Part shown: positions 26,209-29,387 of the stretch, in pieces
Layout of the letters: each line of letters starts with the position of its first letter
How positions within the stretch are numbered: the first letter of the stretch is position 1
Assembly (NCBI GenBank): GCA_050049665.1
Contig: JASFVU010000001.1
Coordinates: 1 to 29,387 of the forward strand
Reading direction: 5' to 3'
Length of the DNA: 29,387 bases
DNA from: Bacteroidales bacterium
GTDB lineage: Bacteria > Bacteroidota > Bacteroidia > Bacteroidales > UBA10428
Notes under the pieces: model-generated
Told to the model about the DNA's origin: nothing
What the model saw: only the letters and a program-made list of their open reading frames with translations
Database searches by the model: none
Position numbers and translations under genes: made by a program

Positions 26209-26757
26209 ATGAGCTTTAACATTAACGAATATTACACAGACATAAGCAGAGGAGATGTCCTTCTGGCCTACAAAGGAAGCATAACTTCGGAATTGATCAA
26301 TGAGGTATTGGAAGCAGTGGAAGATAAGCTTCAGGCTCAGCAGGAAGAGGGGAAAACAAGGAAAAAGCTCTATAATGTGCTGGTAGAGAGCCTTCAGAAT
26401 TTATACCATCACATCGAAGAAACCCACGAAGGAATAGAAGAGGACCTTGATCCTAAATTCGGGATACTGGTAGTTGAGAGAGAAAAAGACGGAGATTTTA
26501 AAGTTACAACAGGCAATTTCGTTGTCAGCACAAAGACAAAATTTCTGAAAGAAAAAATTGATAAGATCAATTCTCTTTCAAAAGATGAATTGAAAGACAT
26601 GTATAAGTTTATCCTGAATCATCAGAAAATATCAGCCAAAGGAGGAGGAGGTTTGGGACTTGTGGATATTGCAAGAAAAACAGGTAAAAAAATGATCTAT
26701 AATTTTTATCCTTACAATGACAAATATGTATTTTTCGACTTAGCAATTCAGGTTTAA
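26209..26757 (+). CDS. SiaB family protein kinase (DUF6272-like)
   Basis: YKGSIT, LVESLQNLYHH and GGGGLGLVDIARKTG GHKL-like motifs; paired with a SiaC-like gene. Confidence 0.8.
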   Translation: MSFNINEYYTDISRGDVLLAYKGSITSELINEVLEAVEDKLQAQQEEGKTRKKLYNVLVESLQNLYHHIEETHEGIEEDLDPKFGILVVEREKDGDFKVTTGNFVVSTKTKFLKEKIDKINSLSKDELKDMYKFILNHQKISAKGGGGLGLVDIARKTGKKMIYNFYPYNDKYVFFDLAIQV

Positions 26758-26776
26758 TGGACTCAATATTTTTGGT

Positions 26777-27157
26777 ATGGAATCATTGAAAATTGAAGGA
26801 ACTACTAAAACACCAAATGTTAATTTCGATATAGAGAAAGGAATTCTTGAGATCAAAGGAAGATCTATTCCTGAAAACTCGATCGAGTTTTATAAACCAT
26901 TGGTTGATTGGTTGGAAGAGTACGCACAGTCTCCTTTATCCAAGACCGAAGTCAATGTTCATCTTGAATATTTCAATACCAGTTCTTCGAAATGTATCCT
27001 GGACGTGTTTAAGAAGCTTGAGGCAATTCATAAAAACAGGTATGATGTGCAGATCAACTGGTATTATGAAGAAGATGACGAGGATATGCTTGAGGCGGGG
27101 GAAGATTATGAATCGATCATCAGGGTCCCTTTTAAAATGATTGAAATAGTAGACTGA
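26777..27157 (+). CDS. SiaC family regulatory phosphoprotein (DUF1987)
   Basis: TP.V.F, GRSIPEN..EFYKP, EYFNTSSSK and WYYEEDDEDMLEAGE motifs. Confidence 0.88.
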   Translation: MESLKIEGTTKTPNVNFDIEKGILEIKGRSIPENSIEFYKPLVDWLEEYAQSPLSKTEVNVHLEYFNTSSSKCILDVFKKLEAIHKNRYDVQINWYYEEDDEDMLEAGEDYESIIRVPFKMIEIVD

Positions 27158-27182
27158 TAGCGCAAATAGTATTGATACTGAT

Positions 27183-27216
27183 AAAAGGAGGTTGCCGCAA
27201 AGGACAACCTTTTTTT
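27183..27216. terminator. Probable bidirectional intrinsic terminator between siaC-like and ABC transporter genes
   Basis: AAAAGG-AGGTTGCC-GCAAA-GGACAACCT-TTTTTT: stem flanked by A and T tracts between convergent genes. Confidence 0.65.
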
Positions 27217-29386
27217 ATGTGGTTTCTTTTGTGAATTTCCGGTTCAGATTTTCAAAGGCATCGAGCAATTTCTTCAATCCCCTGTAATAAAGGATGATAT
27301 AGAAAAGTACCGCCATCAGCCAGATGATCAGGGTATTTACCCAGAACGTCTTATAATAAACACCCAAAAACTTCTTTCGCGGAGCATAAAAATGAGCTTT
27401 GATCAGGTTTGATTCGGGATCAAGGTAGATAGGATCGATCTTCTGAATTAATCTGCCCTTGTATTCGACTATTCTTACAGGCTCATTGCTGTTTTCAACG
27501 AACTCTGCCAGCCTGTCATTGTGATGATCCCGCTTTTGCTGAATGAACTTTTCTTTACTTTCCGGTGACTTTTGATAAGCCCGGATAATTTCGTCCCTTC
27601 TGTCACTGGCCCTGTTGTATATTTTTATGTAAAACCTGTTCACTTTCCGGATATAATCTCTTGTTTCGGTAAGTATCCTGGTGTCTATTTTATCGAGATA
27701 TAACTTGTCGAGATGTTCGAATTCGATTCTGTCATTGGTAAGCAATTCATCCTGAATTTCGTTCCTTAATAGCTTGAGGTAGTTTTCAATTTTATGTTCT
27801 GTTCCTCCTTTGTTGTAATACTTCATGATATAATCCACCTTGTTTTCAAGGTTTTTCACCCAGTAGTATTTTTTGTATTCCGCCACACTCATTATTTTAT
27901 TCAGCGGATAGAACTGATGCATGTACTCATTCTCGGTAAACTGATGTACCGCCAGGGCTTCATAACCCCAACGGGCAGTCATTATTTCGCCATAGAAAGG
28001 AATTTTGTTGGGTGATGAGATCGTCGGATTCAGTTTTTCGTATTTTACAATTACACCACTCAGGATGATCTGCGGGATAACCAGGAATGGTATAAGGATG
28101 TAAATGGCAACGACCGTTTTAAAGCTGTCGGAGATCATCAGTCCCATGATATTGGCACTTACCCAGCAACTGAACAAAATAATCCAGTAATGAAGGTACA
28201 TGCCTTTGATTTCCATGATGGAGTTCCCTACCACAACAAATAGCGCAGCCTGAATAGCAGATAGAACAATCAATACGGTTATTTTGGATATCAGATAACT
28301 GGACCAGCTTAAATTCAGGAATGCTTCACGTTTCAGTATTTTTCTGTCTTTGATAATTTCTTCCGCACTTATGGTTAGCCCTATGAATATGGCAACAATG
28401 ACCGACATGAATATATAGACAGGCAGGTTACTGTTGCCAAGCAGGGTGTAGCCCAGTTCATTCAGCTCACTTTCATTATAATACTTGATGATAAAAGACA
28501 GGATGAAAGCCAGGAGAGGTGCTTCCAGAAAATTAATGATCAGGTATTGTGTGTTCACCATCTTGGAAAGTACATCCCGTTTTACAAAGACAATAAATTG
28601 CCTGAGTTTATTAGGTATCTTAAAGGATATGCTTGGCACATCATTTGTGGCCTCCGTTTTTGATCGTTGTTGCCCTTTTGCATGTTCAATAAAGTGCTTG
28701 TTCCATTCTTTCGGCGATACCTTTCTTCGTTGCGTAAATTTTCCGTATTCATCGAGAATATTGGATTCAACGATATTGAATATCTGTTCGGGATTCACAT
28801 TACCGCAAACATTGCATTCACTCTCATTGTAATTTGCATAGTGAATTTTCGATTTGAAGTAAACGATGGAATCGATCGGATCACCGTCATAGATGAGGTA
28901 TCCCCCCGTATCAAGGATCAGCAATTCATCGAACATTTTAAAGATATCGGACGACGGCTGATGGATCACTACAAATACCAGCTTGCCTTTAAGTGACAGT
29001 TCTTTTAACAGGTCCATGATGTTTTCGGAGTCACGTGATGACAATCCGGATGTGGGTTCATCAAGAAACAGTACGGCCGGTTCACGGATCAGTTCCAGAG
29101 CTATATTCAGTCTCTTCCTCTGTCCGCCGCTTATCATTTTGTTCAGCGGTGTACCTACCTGAACATCTTTGATCTCGAATAACCCCAGACTTTGCAGCAT
29201 TTTTTCAACCGTGGCAATTATTTCTTCATTTTTGTAATTGCTGAAACATAACTTTGCATTGTAGTAGAGATTCTGAAAGACAGTCAGCTCTTCTATGAGC
29301 AGGTCGTCCTGCGAAACATAACCGATCAGACCTTCGATCTTATTCTTTTCGGTATGGATGTTGATGCCGTTTATCGTAATGCTTCC
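27215..29386 (-). CDS. ABC transporter, fused ATPase-permease of ABCG/White-like architecture (5' end beyond the window)
   Basis: The frame is open to the right edge (GSITING...GYVSQDDLLIEELTV Q-loop). It carries the ISGGQRKRLNIALEL signature, FLDEPTSGL Walker B and IHQP H-loop, then ABC-2 type TM helices, a large soluble insert and a final TM helix. Confidence 0.9.
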   Translation of the reverse strand, partial: GSITINGINIHTEKNKIEGLIGYVSQDDLLIEELTVFQNLYYNAKLCFSNYKNEEIIATVEKMLQSLGLFEIKDVQVGTPLNKMISGGQRKRLNIALELIREPAVLFLDEPTSGLSSRDSENIMDLLKELSLKGKLVFVVIHQPSSDIFKMFDELLILDTGGYLIYDGDPIDSIVYFKSKIHYANYNESECNVCGNVNPEQIFNIVESNILDEYGKFTQRRKVSPKEWNKHFIEHAKGQQRSKTEATNDVPSISFKIPNKLRQFIVFVKRDVLSKMVNTQYLIINFLEAPLLAFILSFIIKYYNESELNELGYTLLGNSNLPVYIFMSVIVAIFIGLTISAEEIIKDRKILKREAFLNLSWSSYLISKITVLIVLSAIQAALFVVVGNSIMEIKGMYLHYWIILFSCWVSANIMGLMISDSFKTVVAIYILIPFLVIPQIILSGVIVKYEKLNPTISSPNKIPFYGEIMTARWGYEALAVHQFTENEYMHQFYPLNKIMSVAEYKKYYWVKNLENKVDYIMKYYNKGGTEHKIENYLKLLRNEIQDELLTNDRIEFEHLDKLYLDKIDTRILTETRDYIRKVNRFYIKIYNRASDRRDEIIRAYQKSPESKEKFIQQKRDHHNDRLAEFVENSNEPVRIVEYKGRLIQKIDPIYLDPESNLIKAHFYAPRKKFLGVYYKTFWVNTLIIWLMAVLFYIILYYRGLKKLLDAFENLNRKFTKETT

Positions 29387-29387
29387 G

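Noticed and set aside
247-28996. The many other short ORFs overlapping annotated genes on the opposite strand or in other frames (e.g. 3113-3694, 13187-13717, 15603-16034, 25261-25821)
   Set aside because: Each lies within a well-supported conserved gene and shows no protein-family motif.

Overview
A 29.4 kb window of a Bacteroidota (Bacteroidales-like) chromosome; the assignment rests on gene content and order and on repeated TAnnTTTG promoter motifs. It is mostly housekeeping genes: rsmD, DUF3822, a RecD-like helicase, yjbQ, pgm, an ECF sigma/anti-sigma/outer-membrane module, nucleotide-sugar genes (ugd, UDP-glucuronate decarboxylase, rfbA, rfbC, rfbD), rpsA-STAS-rnz, guaA, ctpA-pnuC-nadR-like-THUMP methyltransferase, siaB/siaC-like genes, and an ABCG-like transporter cut by the right edge. 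There is no CRISPR array, transposase, integrase or reverse transcriptase. The unusual signals are mostly non-coding: (1) a tRNA-Asp whose 3' half is replaced by a palindrome plus a T-arm-like hairpin; (2) a four-helix-bundle (IVP/bAvd-like) gene enclosed by 9+9+7 nt periodic AGTGCC repeats that begin right at stop codons and follow the direction of transcription; (3) about 2 kb separating rfbC from rfbD, holding a REP-like cluster, an orphan beta-barrel gene, a triplicated 45-92 bp repeat and a ~215 nt multi-hairpin element. Protein oddities include a ribosomal protein S1 with a ~165 aa histone-H1-like N-terminal tail, a triplicated motif in the putative anti-sigma factor and a non-canonical Walker A in the NadR-like protein. 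All family calls come from motif recognition, not database searches.
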